Part shown: positions 35,995-46,331 of the stretch, one piece after another
How positions within the stretch are numbered: position 1 is the first letter of the stretch
Layout: each line of letters starts with the position of its first letter
NCBI GenBank assembly: GCA_014799465.1
Contig: JAAVHZ010000055.1
Span: 12,109 to 76,108 of the forward strand
Reading direction: 5' to 3'
Source: Lachnospiraceae bacterium
GTDB taxonomy: Bacteria; Bacillota; Clostridia; Lachnospirales; Lachnospiraceae
Length of the DNA stretch: 64,000 nucleotides
Made by a program: the position numbers and the translations under genes
The notes under the pieces: model-generated
Told to the model about the DNA's origin: nothing
Databases searched by the model: none
What the model saw: only the letters and a program-made list of their open reading frames with translations

Positions 35995-37908
35995 TTATTC
36001 GTTTAGTTGTTCCCATTTTTCGTATAATTTCTCTAATTCTTCAGATACATCATCTTTTTCTTTTTGTATTTCAATAAGCTTTGAAGCATTTGAAGCAAAT
36101 TCCGGGTTTGAAAGTTCAATATCAAGTTGAGCTATTTTATCTTCTAATTCTGCAATCCGGTCTTCTGTTTTTTTAATTTCGTTCTGTTTTTTTCTTTGTT
36201 TTGCCTGTTCCTCCTTTTTGGATTTCCAATCTTCTTTGTTAGATGAAGTATTTGCGGAAGGCGTAGTTCCGGATTGGATTTCAGGAGCGTATATGGCAGT
36301 CAGCTCATCCTTTTTTTCAAGATAATAATCATAGTTGCCAATATAATTTACAAGATTACGGTTTTTAAGGTCTAATATTCTGGTGGCGGTTTTATTTATA
36401 AAGTATCTGTCATGGGAAACATAAAGGACAGTACCTTCATAGTTATTCAATGCATTTTCCAGAATTTCTTTTGAGGTTATATCAAGATGGTTGGTAGGCT
36501 CATCAAGAATCAGGAAATTAGCTTTTGACAACATTAATTTGGCGAGGGATATACGCCCACGTTCTCCACCGCTTAATGAACCAATTTTTTTAAAAACATC
36601 ATCTCCGGTAAATAGGAATGCTGCAAGAACATTCCTGATTTCAGTATTTGTCATGGCAGGGTATGCATCGGATATTTCTTCAAAAAGTGTGTTTTCCATT
36701 GTCAGTACATGATGCTCCTGGTCATAATATCCTATATTCACCTTACTTCCCAATTTTATTTCGCCACAGTCAGCATTTATCAGATTATTTATTATCTTAA
36801 GAATAGTAGTTTTTCCGGTACCGTTATTGCCGATTATGGCTGTTTTTTCACCACGTTTTATATCAAAACAGAGATTTTCAAATAAAGTATTTTCTCCAAA
36901 TGATTTCTTAAGGTTTGAAACGCTAAGGACATCATTTCCACTTATAATCTGAGGAGTAAGTTTCAGGTGCATTTCGGAATCTACAAATACAGGCTTTTCA
37001 ATAATATCCATTTTATTCAGCATTTTTTCACGGCTTTCGGCACGTTTTATGGATTTTTCCCTGTTAAAAGATTTGAGTTTTTCAATAACTTCCTCCTGAT
37101 GTTTTATTTCTTTTTGCTGATTATAGTAGTGTTTTAATTCTGCATCACGAATCTGCGATTTTTTCTCGGCAAAATCAGAATAATTACCTTTATAAGAATA
37201 TGTTGTATGATTTTCAATTTCAATTACATGTGTAACTATACGGTCAAGAAAATATCTGTCATGTGAGACTATAATAACTGCACCGGGATATCCGTTAAGG
37301 AATGTTTCAAGCCATGAGATAGAGGACATATCTAAATGGTTGGTAGGCTCGTCCAGCAGTATAATATCAGGTTTCTGCAGTAAGAGACGGCTTAAAAAAA
37401 CACGGGTTTTCTGACCGCCTGACAAAGATGATATTTTTTTGTCAAATTCATCTTCGGTAAATCCCAGACCTTTAAGAACACCTGTAATTTCACTTTTATA
37501 AGCATATCCGTTTTCAAGTTCAAAAGTATGGTTAAGCTTTGAGTATGTATCCATCAGGGAAGTTAATCTGTCTGCATCAGCAGATTTCATTTCTTTTTCA
37601 ATGGAGCGGAGCTGTTCCTCTATTTTGATGATATGTTCCTTTGTTTTGAGCATTTCATCATAAATAGTGCTGTCAAGGCTGATATCCTGATTTTGAGCCA
37701 GATATCCGATAGTTTTGTTTTTTGATATGGTTACATCTCCGGTATCAGGAGACATTTCGTCTGTAATAATCTTTAGCAGCGTAGATTTGCCGGCACCGTT
37801 TAATCCTACAATGGCGGCTTTTTCGTTATCTTCTATATGAAATGAGCAGTCACTAAGCACATCACCTGTGACAAAGGATTTTGATATGTGATTGCATGAT
37901 AAAATCAT
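35995..37908 (-). CDS. ABC-F family ATPase (Uup-like, C-terminal coiled coil)
   Basis: Two cassettes: Walker A GLNGAGKST and GNNGTGKTT, signatures LSGGQKTR and LSGGERGR. No TM. K/E-rich C-terminal tail. Confidence 0.9.
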   Translation of the reverse strand: MILSCNHISKSFVTGDVLSDCSFHIEDNEKAAIVGLNGAGKSTLLKIITDEMSPDTGDVTISKNKTIGYLAQNQDISLDSTIYDEMLKTKEHIIKIEEQLRSIEKEMKSADADRLTSLMDTYSKLNHTFELENGYAYKSEITGVLKGLGFTEDEFDKKISSLSGGQKTRVFLSRLLLQKPDIILLDEPTNHLDMSSISWLETFLNGYPGAVIIVSHDRYFLDRIVTHVIEIENHTTYSYKGNYSDFAEKKSQIRDAELKHYYNQQKEIKHQEEVIEKLKSFNREKSIKRAESREKMLNKMDIIEKPVFVDSEMHLKLTPQIISGNDVLSVSNLKKSFGENTLFENLCFDIKRGEKTAIIGNNGTGKTTILKIINNLINADCGEIKLGSKVNIGYYDQEHHVLTMENTLFEEISDAYPAMTNTEIRNVLAAFLFTGDDVFKKIGSLSGGERGRISLAKLMLSKANFLILDEPTNHLDITSKEILENALNNYEGTVLYVSHDRYFINKTATRILDLKNRNLVNYIGNYDYYLEKKDELTAIYAPEIQSGTTPSANTSSNKEDWKSKKEEQAKQRKKQNEIKKTEDRIAELEDKIAQLDIELSNPEFASNASKLIEIQKEKDDVSEELEKLYEKWEQLNE

Positions 37909-37951
37909 TTTTATACAGTCCTTTCATGTTAAAAGTGTTAATTGCCTAAAG

Positions 37952-37981
37952 ATTATACCATAATTTGCGGTATATGTTCAA
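37952..37981 (-). promoter_or_regulatory. Extended -10 promoter for the ABC-F gene
   Basis: On the minus strand: TTGAAC, 18-nt spacer, TGgTATAAT; about 40 nt upstream of ATG 37908. Confidence 0.5.
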
Positions 37982-37999
37982 ACAATTCGGCAAAATTCG

Positions 38000-38028
38000 T
38001 TGCAAACAGGATGAATGTGTGATATAGT
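38000..38028 (+). promoter_or_regulatory. Extended -10 promoter facing the secreted-protein / ABC operon
   Basis: TTGCAA (38000-38005), 17-nt spacer, TGaTATAGT (38020-38028); about 250 nt upstream of ATG 38284. Confidence 0.45.
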
Positions 38029-38283
38029 AAGCGAATAGGGTTTCGGGGAATATTGGATAATATAAGGGATTTCCATAATAATTCTTAAAATGTTTATTTT
38101 TATCTGTAAAAATTCTGTTTAAGCAAATTCTTGTTAGTTTATCTGCTAAAACCTTTATATAGTTCTGGTTGCCCCTTTTCCATATATAAATATACATATG
38201 CAGCATAAAAATAATATACTTAAGCACTGACAAGTCTGCTGCTTTAAGTGGTATTGAAAGGCACATGAAAGGAGTAATCAGTA

Positions 38284-38742
38284 ATGAAAAAAACAATATT
38301 TAAATTAACGGCATTTGCAGCCATACTTTCAATGATACCAATAACAACTATTTTTGCGGGAACGCACAAAACAGAGTCACTGGCAAGGAGGGTTACTTAC
38401 TATAATGCCCAGTATTTAGGTGCCGTAGGTTTTTATACGGCTATGGGAAATGCGGAAGATGGATATATCGTGGCAAAAACCACTGCAACAAATAAGACTA
38501 ACTATACAAAAAAGTTTTTTGTAGGTGTATATAGGTATAACCATAGCAAGAAAAAATATGATAAGAAAAACCATAAGACGTTTTCTTTAAATGGCGGGCA
38601 ATCAGTATATAGGAGAATCCAAAGAGACGTAAACAGTGAAATATATGACTATTACCATTCGGCTGATGGTTATGCTGCCGATACAACTTCAAGCTATAAA
38701 ACGGACAAGTTTGAACATATAGCAATGCAGTATTACCGTTAA
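38284..38742 (+). CDS. Small secreted protein of unknown function (Tyr/Lys/Thr-rich)
   Basis: Signal peptide MKKTIFKLTAFAAILSMIPITTIFA/GT; SD GAAAGGAG; mature part about 125 aa with no recognised motif. Confidence 0.6.
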   Translation: MKKTIFKLTAFAAILSMIPITTIFAGTHKTESLARRVTYYNAQYLGAVGFYTAMGNAEDGYIVAKTTATNKTNYTKKFFVGVYRYNHSKKKYDKKNHKTFSLNGGQSVYRRIQRDVNSEIYDYYHSADGYAADTTSSYKTDKFEHIAMQYYR

Positions 38743-38761
38743 ATGAAAAGGGTGATGCTAA

Positions 38762-39874
38762 ATGATTATAAAAATTTCAGTAAAGAACATTAAAAATCTT
38801 TTTTTACATTTTAAAAGCATGGCAGTATTATTGTTTGTTTCCCAGATAATAGCAATACTTACGGTATACTTCGTATATGGCATATATAACAGTTACCGTG
38901 CTTATCTTCTGGCAATGAAGGAAGCGGAGTATACAATGGAAGCTTATTTTGAATCCGGCAGTCAGGTTCCGACTATGGGAGAGCTGAAGGGATGTTTTGA
39001 AACGGTACTTAAGGAAACGGAAGACCGGCTGGATTACTTTTACATTTTCCCTGCTTATGAGAGCACGCTTATGAATATCCATAACGAATATAAGGATGGC
39101 AAATATTCTTATTCACGGACAGTCGCTAAAAATATCAAACCGGATAAAGGAAGGATGATGACAGATGAAGAGATAGACAGCGGTGAAAAAGTAATATATG
39201 GACAGAATATAGGAAATGTAGGAGATACATATAAGATAGGCGGCACGGAGTATGAGGTGGTTGGCATTGAAAATTTTTTAGGACATGATGACAGCCGCAT
39301 CATAGTGGAGATGTCATATCCGGCATGTGACGATAATGCGGAGCTTGTCTACGTTATTCTGGAATTTTCTAAACTTCCGAAAATGAATGATTATCTTACA
39401 TTCAAAAATACACTGAAAAAGCAGTTTGGCGACAGGGTGAGCATTAAAGAATATAAAATGTTGGATTTGGAGCAGGCTATATCATATAATTCGGTTATTG
39501 TATTCTCGTTGGCGGCGGGGCTTATGGCGGCACTTGACACATGCCTTCTGTATGGCTATATCCTTAGGAAACGCCGGAAGCAGATGGCGGTGTTCAGGCT
39601 GGTGGGCTTGGGCAGAATAAGGATGTTTTTGATAAATGAAGCTGAGATAATGCTAATAAGCATAATAACTGCCATGGCGGGATTAGGTATATTCAGACTG
39701 GCATTTGAAAAAATAATTACAACAATATATGATAATAATGTGTATACATCGGAAATATACCTTAGGATGACAGGAATATATCTGTTTAGCATATTTGTCA
39801 TCACATCCGTTATGATGATAATATATGCAAACTCAAATGTAATGGGAATGATACGGAGGAGCGGCAATGATTAA
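38762..39874 (+). CDS. FtsX/MacB-type ABC transporter permease
   Basis: TM1, an approx. 200-aa extracytoplasmic domain, then three C-terminal TM helices. Starts 19 nt after the preceding gene. Confidence 0.7.
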   Translation: MIIKISVKNIKNLFLHFKSMAVLLFVSQIIAILTVYFVYGIYNSYRAYLLAMKEAEYTMEAYFESGSQVPTMGELKGCFETVLKETEDRLDYFYIFPAYESTLMNIHNEYKDGKYSYSRTVAKNIKPDKGRMMTDEEIDSGEKVIYGQNIGNVGDTYKIGGTEYEVVGIENFLGHDDSRIIVEMSYPACDDNAELVYVILEFSKLPKMNDYLTFKNTLKKQFGDRVSIKEYKMLDLEQAISYNSVIVFSLAAGLMAALDTCLLYGYILRKRRKQMAVFRLVGLGRIRMFLINEAEIMLISIITAMAGLGIFRLAFEKIITTIYDNNVYTSEIYLRMTGIYLFSIFVITSVMMIIYANSNVMGMIRRSGND

Positions 39875-41081
39875 ACTTGGAATAAGGGAATATGTCAGGC
39901 ACTTTTGGATGAATCTGCTTTCTGTAGTTATACTCAGCGTAATGATGGTTTCCATAATGATACTTGTCACCACAATACTTAAGCAGACAAGATTGTACAG
40001 GCTTATAAGACCGTATCTTGGTGAAAAGGGGATAGTGGCAGAATCTATGGATGATGAACATATCGGTGAAATGCAGGCAGTTGATAAGATTCTTATGTCA
40101 TCTGATGCATCGGCGAATGTTTCTGTAAGAGGCAAAAGCGAAATTATCCCAATGAGCATATATGACAGTTATATAGAAAAGTATATGGAACCCATAATGA
40201 AAGAAGGCAGATGGGTAAGTAAAATAAGTGGAAAGAAGGGGCAGATAGCTGCTGTCATATCGGAAAACAGTCTTGGAATAGGCACAGGGGATACAGTTAA
40301 AGCAGAATTTACTACAAAAGAGGGGAAACAAATCAAGGCAATGCTGTACATATCAGGCGTGTTCTGTGACGGACAGAAGATATATAGTCAGGGAACCCAA
40401 ATAGATAAAAGGGATGACTACAGGGAATATTTTAATACACACAGCTTTTATCAGAGTGGGGAAATCCAACTGATTACAACCAGGGAACAATTAGGGGCAT
40501 ATTATGAAAATGTGGACAGGATATGCACTACGGCTTTCATAAAGTATAATGACAACATTACGGAATTGCAGTTAAAATATAACAATATGATATTAGAAAG
40601 AATAAGTAATGACAAAGGTGACCCACCCGGATATTATAAAAGCTATATGTCAGCAAAGGAATTGCTTAGGGTCAGCAAAAGGGCTGTAAAGGATATGTTA
40701 ACTACATATGTCCCGCTGATAATATCAGATTTTGTGCTGATATGCATATGCATACTGGGCATAGTGGCAGTAAAGACCGCAGGAAGTATGGGATATTATG
40801 GTAAATTATATTTATGCGGAATGAGATGGACATATGGGGTAAGGCTGTCCGGGATGCAGATGTGCCTTAACTGCATATTTTCAATGATACTTGCGTTCCT
40901 AATGTCATTTATACAGAACAGATACAGTGTATTTGGAAGGATATTTATAGAGACCGGAGGAATACAGCTTATATGCCTGCTTACCATCAGTATTGTAACC
41001 ATAGGGCTGTCAATACTGGTATCATGGATGATAATAAATGAAAACACGCCGGTTGAAATAATAAGGCAGTCAAAAAATTAG
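39867..41081 (+). CDS. FtsX/MacB-type ABC transporter permease (second, non-identical)
   Basis: Same TM1 / large loop / 3 TM topology; overlaps the previous gene by 8 nt. Confidence 0.7.
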   Translation: MIKLGIREYVRHFWMNLLSVVILSVMMVSIMILVTTILKQTRLYRLIRPYLGEKGIVAESMDDEHIGEMQAVDKILMSSDASANVSVRGKSEIIPMSIYDSYIEKYMEPIMKEGRWVSKISGKKGQIAAVISENSLGIGTGDTVKAEFTTKEGKQIKAMLYISGVFCDGQKIYSQGTQIDKRDDYREYFNTHSFYQSGEIQLITTREQLGAYYENVDRICTTAFIKYNDNITELQLKYNNMILERISNDKGDPPGYYKSYMSAKELLRVSKRAVKDMLTTYVPLIISDFVLICICILGIVAVKTAGSMGYYGKLYLCGMRWTYGVRLSGMQMCLNCIFSMILAFLMSFIQNRYSVFGRIFIETGGIQLICLLTISIVTIGLSILVSWMIINENTPVEIIRQSKN

Positions 41082-41102
41082 CAGGCACGGAAAGGAACTT
41101 AT

Positions 41103-41765
41103 ATGTTGGAATTAAAGAACTTAAACAAGACATACAATTATAAAAAATCAAATGCCTTTCAGGCATTAAAGGATATTAACCTCAAAATAGATGATGGTGA
41201 AATGGCTGCCATAATGGGTGTATCAGGAGCGGGAAAATCAACTCTTATGCATATAATTGGCTGTATAGATGATTTTGAGTCAGGGGAATATCTGTTAGAT
41301 GGTGAAAATGTCGGAGTGATGCCGGAATATAAAAAATCTGTGCTGCGAAACAGCAAAATAGGTATAGTGATGCAGGATTTTGCATTAATAGAGGATTATA
41401 CAGTGTTGGAAAACGTTGAAATACCGCTATATTTTGGCAAAAGGTGCAAAAATAAAAAGCAAAAGGCAATGGATGCATTAAAAAAGACAGGCATTGACGG
41501 ACTTGCAAAAAAGTATGTTAATAAACTGTCAGGCGGCCAGAAACAGAGAGTGGCAATAGCAAGGGCAATAGTAAATGAACCTTCAGTAATTCTGGCAGAT
41601 GAGCCTACGGGTGCACTTGACAGCAGGACTTCAGATGAAATTATGGAAGTATTTAAAGAATTGAATGGCATTGGAAATACCATTATAGTCATAACCCATG
41701 AAAAGGGTGTAGCCGATAAATGTAAGCGTATCATAACAATATCAGATGGTCAGATAGTCCAATAG
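41103..41765 (+). CDS. ABC transporter ATP-binding protein (MacB/LolD-like)
   Basis: GVSGAGKST, LSGGQKQR, ILADEPTGALD; 220 aa. Confidence 0.9.
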   Translation: MLELKNLNKTYNYKKSNAFQALKDINLKIDDGEMAAIMGVSGAGKSTLMHIIGCIDDFESGEYLLDGENVGVMPEYKKSVLRNSKIGIVMQDFALIEDYTVLENVEIPLYFGKRCKNKKQKAMDALKKTGIDGLAKKYVNKLSGGQKQRVAIARAIVNEPSVILADEPTGALDSRTSDEIMEVFKELNGIGNTIIVITHEKGVADKCKRIITISDGQIVQ

Positions 41766-41783
41766 AAAATAATAAAGAATATA

Positions 41784-41817
41784 AAAGCTGCTGCATTGGA
41801 TTGCGGCAGCTTTTTTT
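41784..41817 (+). terminator. Rho-independent terminator after the ABC operon
   Basis: AGCTGCTGC / GCGGCAGCT stem followed by T7. Confidence 0.75.
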
Positions 41818-41848
41818 AAAACAGTTATTTAAAAATTGTTATTTAAAT

Positions 41849-41877
41849 TTGACAGTATTTCACTGAATGGATATAAT
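41849..41877 (+). promoter_or_regulatory. Consensus sigma-A promoter for rex
   Basis: TTGACA (41849-41854), 17-nt spacer, TATAAT (41872-41877). Confidence 0.65.
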
Positions 41878-41909
41878 AGTATTAGATTATGATTTGAGGA
41901 TGGTATATT

Positions 41910-42545
41910 ATGGTAAAGAATGGCATATCTACGGCAGTAATTAAAAGGCTTCCCAGATATTACAGGTATCTTGGAGAACTTATGGAAGCCGGTACAGAAA
42001 GAATTTCATCCAATGAACTTAGCAAACTTATGAATGTTACTGCATCACAGATACGGCAGGATTTAAATAATTTTGGAGGGTTTGGTCAACAGGGATATGG
42101 CTATAATGTTGAATTCCTGTATAATGAAATAGGCAGGCTCTTAGGGGTTGACAGGAGGCATAATATAATTGTTGTGGGTTCAGGTCATCTGGGTCAGGCA
42201 ATAGCTAATTATGCCAACTTTGAGAGAAGAGGGTTCATAGTAAAAGGAATGTTTGACAGGAATCCTGATGTTATAGGTAAAGAAATCAGGGGAATCAAGG
42301 TAATGAGCATGGAGGAGATTGAAGAATTTATAAGGATAAATAAGATAGAGATAGCAGCTTTAACACTTCCTAAGCAGCAGGCAGCGGAAATCGCAGAGAG
42401 ACTTGTGGGATTTGGAATCAGGGGATTTTGGAACTTTGCCCATATAGATTTGGAGCTTCCTAAGGGGATAGTGGTGGAAAATGTGCATTTATCGGAAAGT
42501 CTTATGAGATTATCATATAATCTTACAACAATAAATGATAAGTAG
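41910..42545 (+). CDS. rex: Redox-sensing transcriptional repressor Rex
   Basis: RLPRYYRYL winged helix plus Rossmann loop VGSGHLGQA; 211 aa. Confidence 0.9.
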   Translation: MVKNGISTAVIKRLPRYYRYLGELMEAGTERISSNELSKLMNVTASQIRQDLNNFGGFGQQGYGYNVEFLYNEIGRLLGVDRRHNIIVVGSGHLGQAIANYANFERRGFIVKGMFDRNPDVIGKEIRGIKVMSMEEIEEFIRINKIEIAALTLPKQQAAEIAERLVGFGIRGFWNFAHIDLELPKGIVVENVHLSESLMRLSYNLTTINDK

Positions 42546-43175
42546 GTGATTATATTGGCGAAAAAAGCGGAAGAGTTTAATATTTATGAAATGGTACATA
42601 ATAGCAAGATACCAATTCTTATACTTGATAACAGATGGCAGCAGCTTTTTCCTGAGGAACAAAAGCCTGTAAATATAAAAAGACTGGAAAACAGCCTTAA
42701 GAATGCTATGAAAAAGCAGGCAAAGCTGGGGTCGGATTTAAAGGAACTTCAGGCACTTAAGAAAAAACTTATGTCAGAGATAATGCTTAACATGGAAGAA
42801 GTGGGTTCTGATCTGGAGAAAGAGGAGAAACGCCGTAAAAAGCTGGATAAAAGCCAGAAACTCATACTGGATATAAATGAAAAAATATCAAAATGTATGC
42901 ATGAAACGGATGAGGTACCGGATGAAATAAAGCGGGCAAATGAGGCTTTAATGATTGCCAGCGTGAAATTGTGTTACGAAAAAATGGGTACAAATGCGGA
43001 AGATATAAAGGTTATATCCGATTGGATAGATAAGATGCGGGTAGAGCTTAAACGTCAGGTTCTTATAAAGCAGGAAAAGCAGGAGACAAACGAAAAGATA
43101 TATTCGTATCTGCATGATATATTAGGCCCGAAATATATGGAGATGTTTGACCGGAATATCGGAAAAGTGGAATAA
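42546..43175 (+). CDS. Uncharacterised coiled-coil protein
   Basis: 209-aa ORF between rex and acpS. Start uncertain: GTG 42546, or TTG 42555 lying 5 nt after AGGTGA. Confidence 0.5.
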   Translation: MIILAKKAEEFNIYEMVHNSKIPILILDNRWQQLFPEEQKPVNIKRLENSLKNAMKKQAKLGSDLKELQALKKKLMSEIMLNMEEVGSDLEKEEKRRKKLDKSQKLILDINEKISKCMHETDEVPDEIKRANEALMIASVKLCYEKMGTNAEDIKVISDWIDKMRVELKRQVLIKQEKQETNEKIYSYLHDILGPKYMEMFDRNIGKVE

Positions 43176-43177
43176 TT

Positions 43178-43552
43178 ATGGTTGTAGGATTAGGTTGTGA
43201 TGTTGTAGAGATTGAAAGAATTGCAAAATCCATATCAAAGGAGTCTTTTTTAAGACATGCATATACTGCGAAAGAGCAGGAAATGTCGGGAGGAAAGGCT
43301 TCTTTTTATGCGGATAATTTTGCGGTAAAGGAAGCTGTTTCTAAATGTTTTGGTACCGGATTCAGGGGATTTGAATTAAAGGATATAGAAGTACTTAGGG
43401 ATAGTATGGGTAAGCCCTATGTAAACCTATACAAAGGGGCAAAATTAATTGCAGAGAATATGAAAATAGATAATATATTTGTAACTATTTCAAATACTGA
43501 TACATTGTCAATGGCATGTGCAGTCGCAGAAAAATCCGAAAATAGTGCATAA
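43178..43552 (+). CDS. acpS: Holo-[acyl-carrier-protein] synthase
   Basis: GLGCDVVEIERI and FAVKEAVSKCFGTG blocks; 124 aa. Confidence 0.85.
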   Translation: MVVGLGCDVVEIERIAKSISKESFLRHAYTAKEQEMSGGKASFYADNFAVKEAVSKCFGTGFRGFELKDIEVLRDSMGKPYVNLYKGAKLIAENMKIDNIFVTISNTDTLSMACAVAEKSENSA

Positions 43553-43572
43553 TATGATGGGAGGCATTTTGT

Positions 43573-45081
43573 ATGAGGTATGTTGTAACAGGAAAACAGA
43601 TGAAAGCCATAGATGAATATACAATAAATAAAACAGGTATTCCTTCACTGGTGCTGATGGAAAGGGCGGCATACTCGGTATATGAAGAGATAAAAAATCG
43701 TTATGATACAGATACAAATATACTTATAGTATGTGGAAGTGGGAATAATGGTGCTGATGGAATTGCTCTTGCAAGAATCCTTAGGGAAAATAATTATAAT
43801 GCAGATGTATTTTTGGCAGGAAATAAAGAACATTTTACTGAAGAAATGAAGAAGCAGTTCCATATTGTGCAAAATTTAGAAATTAATATTGTAAATAAGA
43901 CAAATATGCAGGAATATAATTTAGTGATAGATTCGTTATTCGGTATTGGACTATCAAGGAACATAGAGGGCACATATTACAATATTATAGAAGATATAAA
44001 TAATTCAGGAGCAGACATAATGGCGGTGGATACTCCTTCGGGAATAGATTCGGAAACCGGAAACATTATGGGCATTGCCGTTAAAGCAGATATTACCATA
44101 ACTTTTGGAACAGTTAAGCAGGGGCTTCTTTTATATCCGGGGGCGGATTATGCAGGAAATGTAATTATAAAAAATGTTGGTTTTCCAAAAGAAGCAATAC
44201 AGACCAGTGGTGCAGAGTGTTTTATGGCGGAAGAGTCTGATATAGAAAGTATGCTTCCAAAGAGAAGAAGTGACTCCAATAAGGGAAGTTACGGTAAGCT
44301 TTTAGCGGCTGTGGGAACTGTAAATATGTGCGGTGCAGCCTGTATGTGCAGCAAAGCGGCATACAGAATGGGAACAGGATTGGTAAAGGTATTTACACCT
44401 GTGGAAAACAGAGTTATAATTCAAACGTCGATTCCGGAGGCTGTATTAAGTACTTATAATATTACATCCTTTGATGCCGCCGGTTTAAAAGAGGATATTA
44501 AAAGTTCCACCTGTGTAGTATGCGGTTCAGGACTGGGAATGTCAGATACAGCAGAAAAAATTGTAAAGACCATACTTGAATCAAAGGTAAGAGTAGTGCT
44601 TGATGCAGATGCACTAAATATAATAAGCAGAAATAAATCGTTTGAGAATCTGTATCATGAGAATGTTATTATAACACCTCATATAGGCGAATTTTCAAGA
44701 CTTACAGGGCTTAAATCTGAAGATATAAAAAGCAATCCTGTTAAGGCATGCCGGGAATATGCATTATCAAAGGGAATAACATGTGTACTTAAAGATGCAA
44801 GAACAGTAACATCATTTAAGGATGGAACTGCATGGATAAATGTGTCAGGCAACTCAGGTATGTCTACGGCAGGCTCAGGTGATGTACTGGCAGGTATAAT
44901 ATCAGCACTTATCAGTCAGGGAATGGATATGGAATATGGAGCAGTATTAGGAACATTTATACATGGTCTGGCAGGAGATGAGGCAAAAAAAGTTTCGGGA
45001 GAATACGGAATGACTGCGATGGACATAGCGGATGGGATTAAAAACGTTCTGAAAAAATATGAAAGCAAAGATGCGAGGTAA
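43573..45081 (+). CDS. nnr: Bifunctional NAD(P)H-hydrate epimerase / ADP-dependent dehydratase
   Basis: YjeF_N block CGSGNNGADG plus the C-terminal kinase-fold block AGSGDVLAGII; 502 aa. Confidence 0.85.
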   Translation: MRYVVTGKQMKAIDEYTINKTGIPSLVLMERAAYSVYEEIKNRYDTDTNILIVCGSGNNGADGIALARILRENNYNADVFLAGNKEHFTEEMKKQFHIVQNLEINIVNKTNMQEYNLVIDSLFGIGLSRNIEGTYYNIIEDINNSGADIMAVDTPSGIDSETGNIMGIAVKADITITFGTVKQGLLLYPGADYAGNVIIKNVGFPKEAIQTSGAECFMAEESDIESMLPKRRSDSNKGSYGKLLAAVGTVNMCGAACMCSKAAYRMGTGLVKVFTPVENRVIIQTSIPEAVLSTYNITSFDAAGLKEDIKSSTCVVCGSGLGMSDTAEKIVKTILESKVRVVLDADALNIISRNKSFENLYHENVIITPHIGEFSRLTGLKSEDIKSNPVKACREYALSKGITCVLKDARTVTSFKDGTAWINVSGNSGMSTAGSGDVLAGIISALISQGMDMEYGAVLGTFIHGLAGDEAKKVSGEYGMTAMDIADGIKNVLKKYESKDAR

Positions 45082-45084
45082 TAA

Positions 45085-46266
45085 ATGGATATATTAGATA
45101 AATATTACAGGGTATATGCGTCGGTTAATCTTGATGCCATATATCAGAATGTGAAGAATTTAAAAGAAAATACAAAGCAGGGAACCGATGTTATAGCTGT
45201 TATAAAGACGGACGGATATGGCCATGGAGCAATACCGATTGCAAGAACCATAGATAGTCTGGTGTCAGGATATGCTGTGGCAACCAGTGACGAAGGTGTT
45301 ATATTACGTGACAACGGCATAATAAAACCGATTATAATACTTGGCTATACCCATGAAAGCCAGTATGAAAAGATTATAGAATGTGATATGCGTCCTGCCA
45401 TATTTTGTACAGAAGATGCCATAAAGCTGTCAGAAAAGGCGGCTGCAATGAATAAAATAGCAAAAATTCATATAAAGATAGATACTGGCATGAGCAGGAT
45501 AGGATTTGGAGTAAATCAGGACAGCATAAAATGCATTTCAGAAATAGCAAATCTCCCGGGAGTGGAAATAGAAGGCATATTTACACATTTTTTTGCTTCA
45601 GATGAGAAAGATAAATCATCTGCATATGAGCAGTATGAGAAATTTCAATATATTATCAGGCAGCTTGAAAAAGAGGGAATAAACATAAAGATGAAGCATT
45701 GCTCTAACAGTGCGGCAATAATAGATATGCAGGATGTGAATATGAGCTGCGTAAGGGCAGGAATAGCCATGTACGGAATGTACCCTTCAAAAGAAGTAGA
45801 TAAGATAAAGGTATCACTGACACCTTCAATGGAGTTAAAGAGCCATATCATACATCTTAAAGAGGTTGATGAAGGTACGGGTATAAGCTATGGTGCCACA
45901 TATGTGACAAAGTCACGTTCAAAGATTGCAACAATACCTGTAGGCTATGGAGACGGATATAGAAGAAGTCTGTCAGGCAGGGGATATGTGCTTATAAGAG
46001 GTCATAAAGCCCCAATTTTGGGCAGGGTATGTATGGATCAGTTTATGGTGGATGTAACGGATGTTCCGGGAGTATGCCGTGGTGACGTTGTAACACTTTT
46101 AGGCAGAGACGGGGATATGGAGATTACTGCTGAGAAACTTGCTGAACTGGCAGGCGGTACATTTAATTATGAGCTGGTGTGTGATATAGGCAAACGTGTA
46201 CCAAGGGTATTTTATAAAGGTGGAAAAATAGTGGGAATGAAAGATTACTTTGACGATAAATATTGA
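45085..46266 (+). CDS. alr: Alanine racemase
   Basis: PLP-Lys block [27 protein letters not shown]; 393 aa. Confidence 0.92.
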   Translation: MDILDKYYRVYASVNLDAIYQNVKNLKENTKQGTDVIAVIKTDGYGHGAIPIARTIDSLVSGYAVATSDEGVILRDNGIIKPIIILGYTHESQYEKIIECDMRPAIFCTEDAIKLSEKAAAMNKIAKIHIKIDTGMSRIGFGVNQDSIKCISEIANLPGVEIEGIFTHFFASDEKDKSSAYEQYEKFQYIIRQLEKEGINIKMKHCSNSAAIIDMQDVNMSCVRAGIAMYGMYPSKEVDKIKVSLTPSMELKSHIIHLKEVDEGTGISYGATYVTKSRSKIATIPVGYGDGYRRSLSGRGYVLIRGHKAPILGRVCMDQFMVDVTDVPGVCRGDVVTLLGRDGDMEITAEKLAELAGGTFNYELVCDIGKRVPRVFYKGGKIVGMKDYFDDKY

Positions 46267-46331
46267 TTTGTGAATACACACTTGAATTCGTGGAAATACT
46301 ATTACTACTAAACAGGTGGAGTGTGAATTCA

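Noticed and set aside
35801-36077. ORFs 35801-36016 (minus) and 35874-36077 (plus), which encode SANKVV or TTLLAL repeats.
   Set aside because: They are translations of the 18-bp tandem repeat. They have no SD, and they overlap the 3' end of the ABC-F gene.
37946-38296. A 116-aa minus-strand ORF in the ABC-F / secreted-protein intergenic region.
   Set aside because: It has no SD, an odd composition, and spans two predicted promoters and the start of the next gene. It is most likely spurious.
41836-41854. Possible Rex operator upstream of rex (TTGTTATTTAAATTTGACA).
   Set aside because: Only the left half resembles TTGTTAA/TTGTGAA. The right half does not form the inverted TTAACAA/TTCACAA, and it overlaps the -35 simply by being AT-rich.
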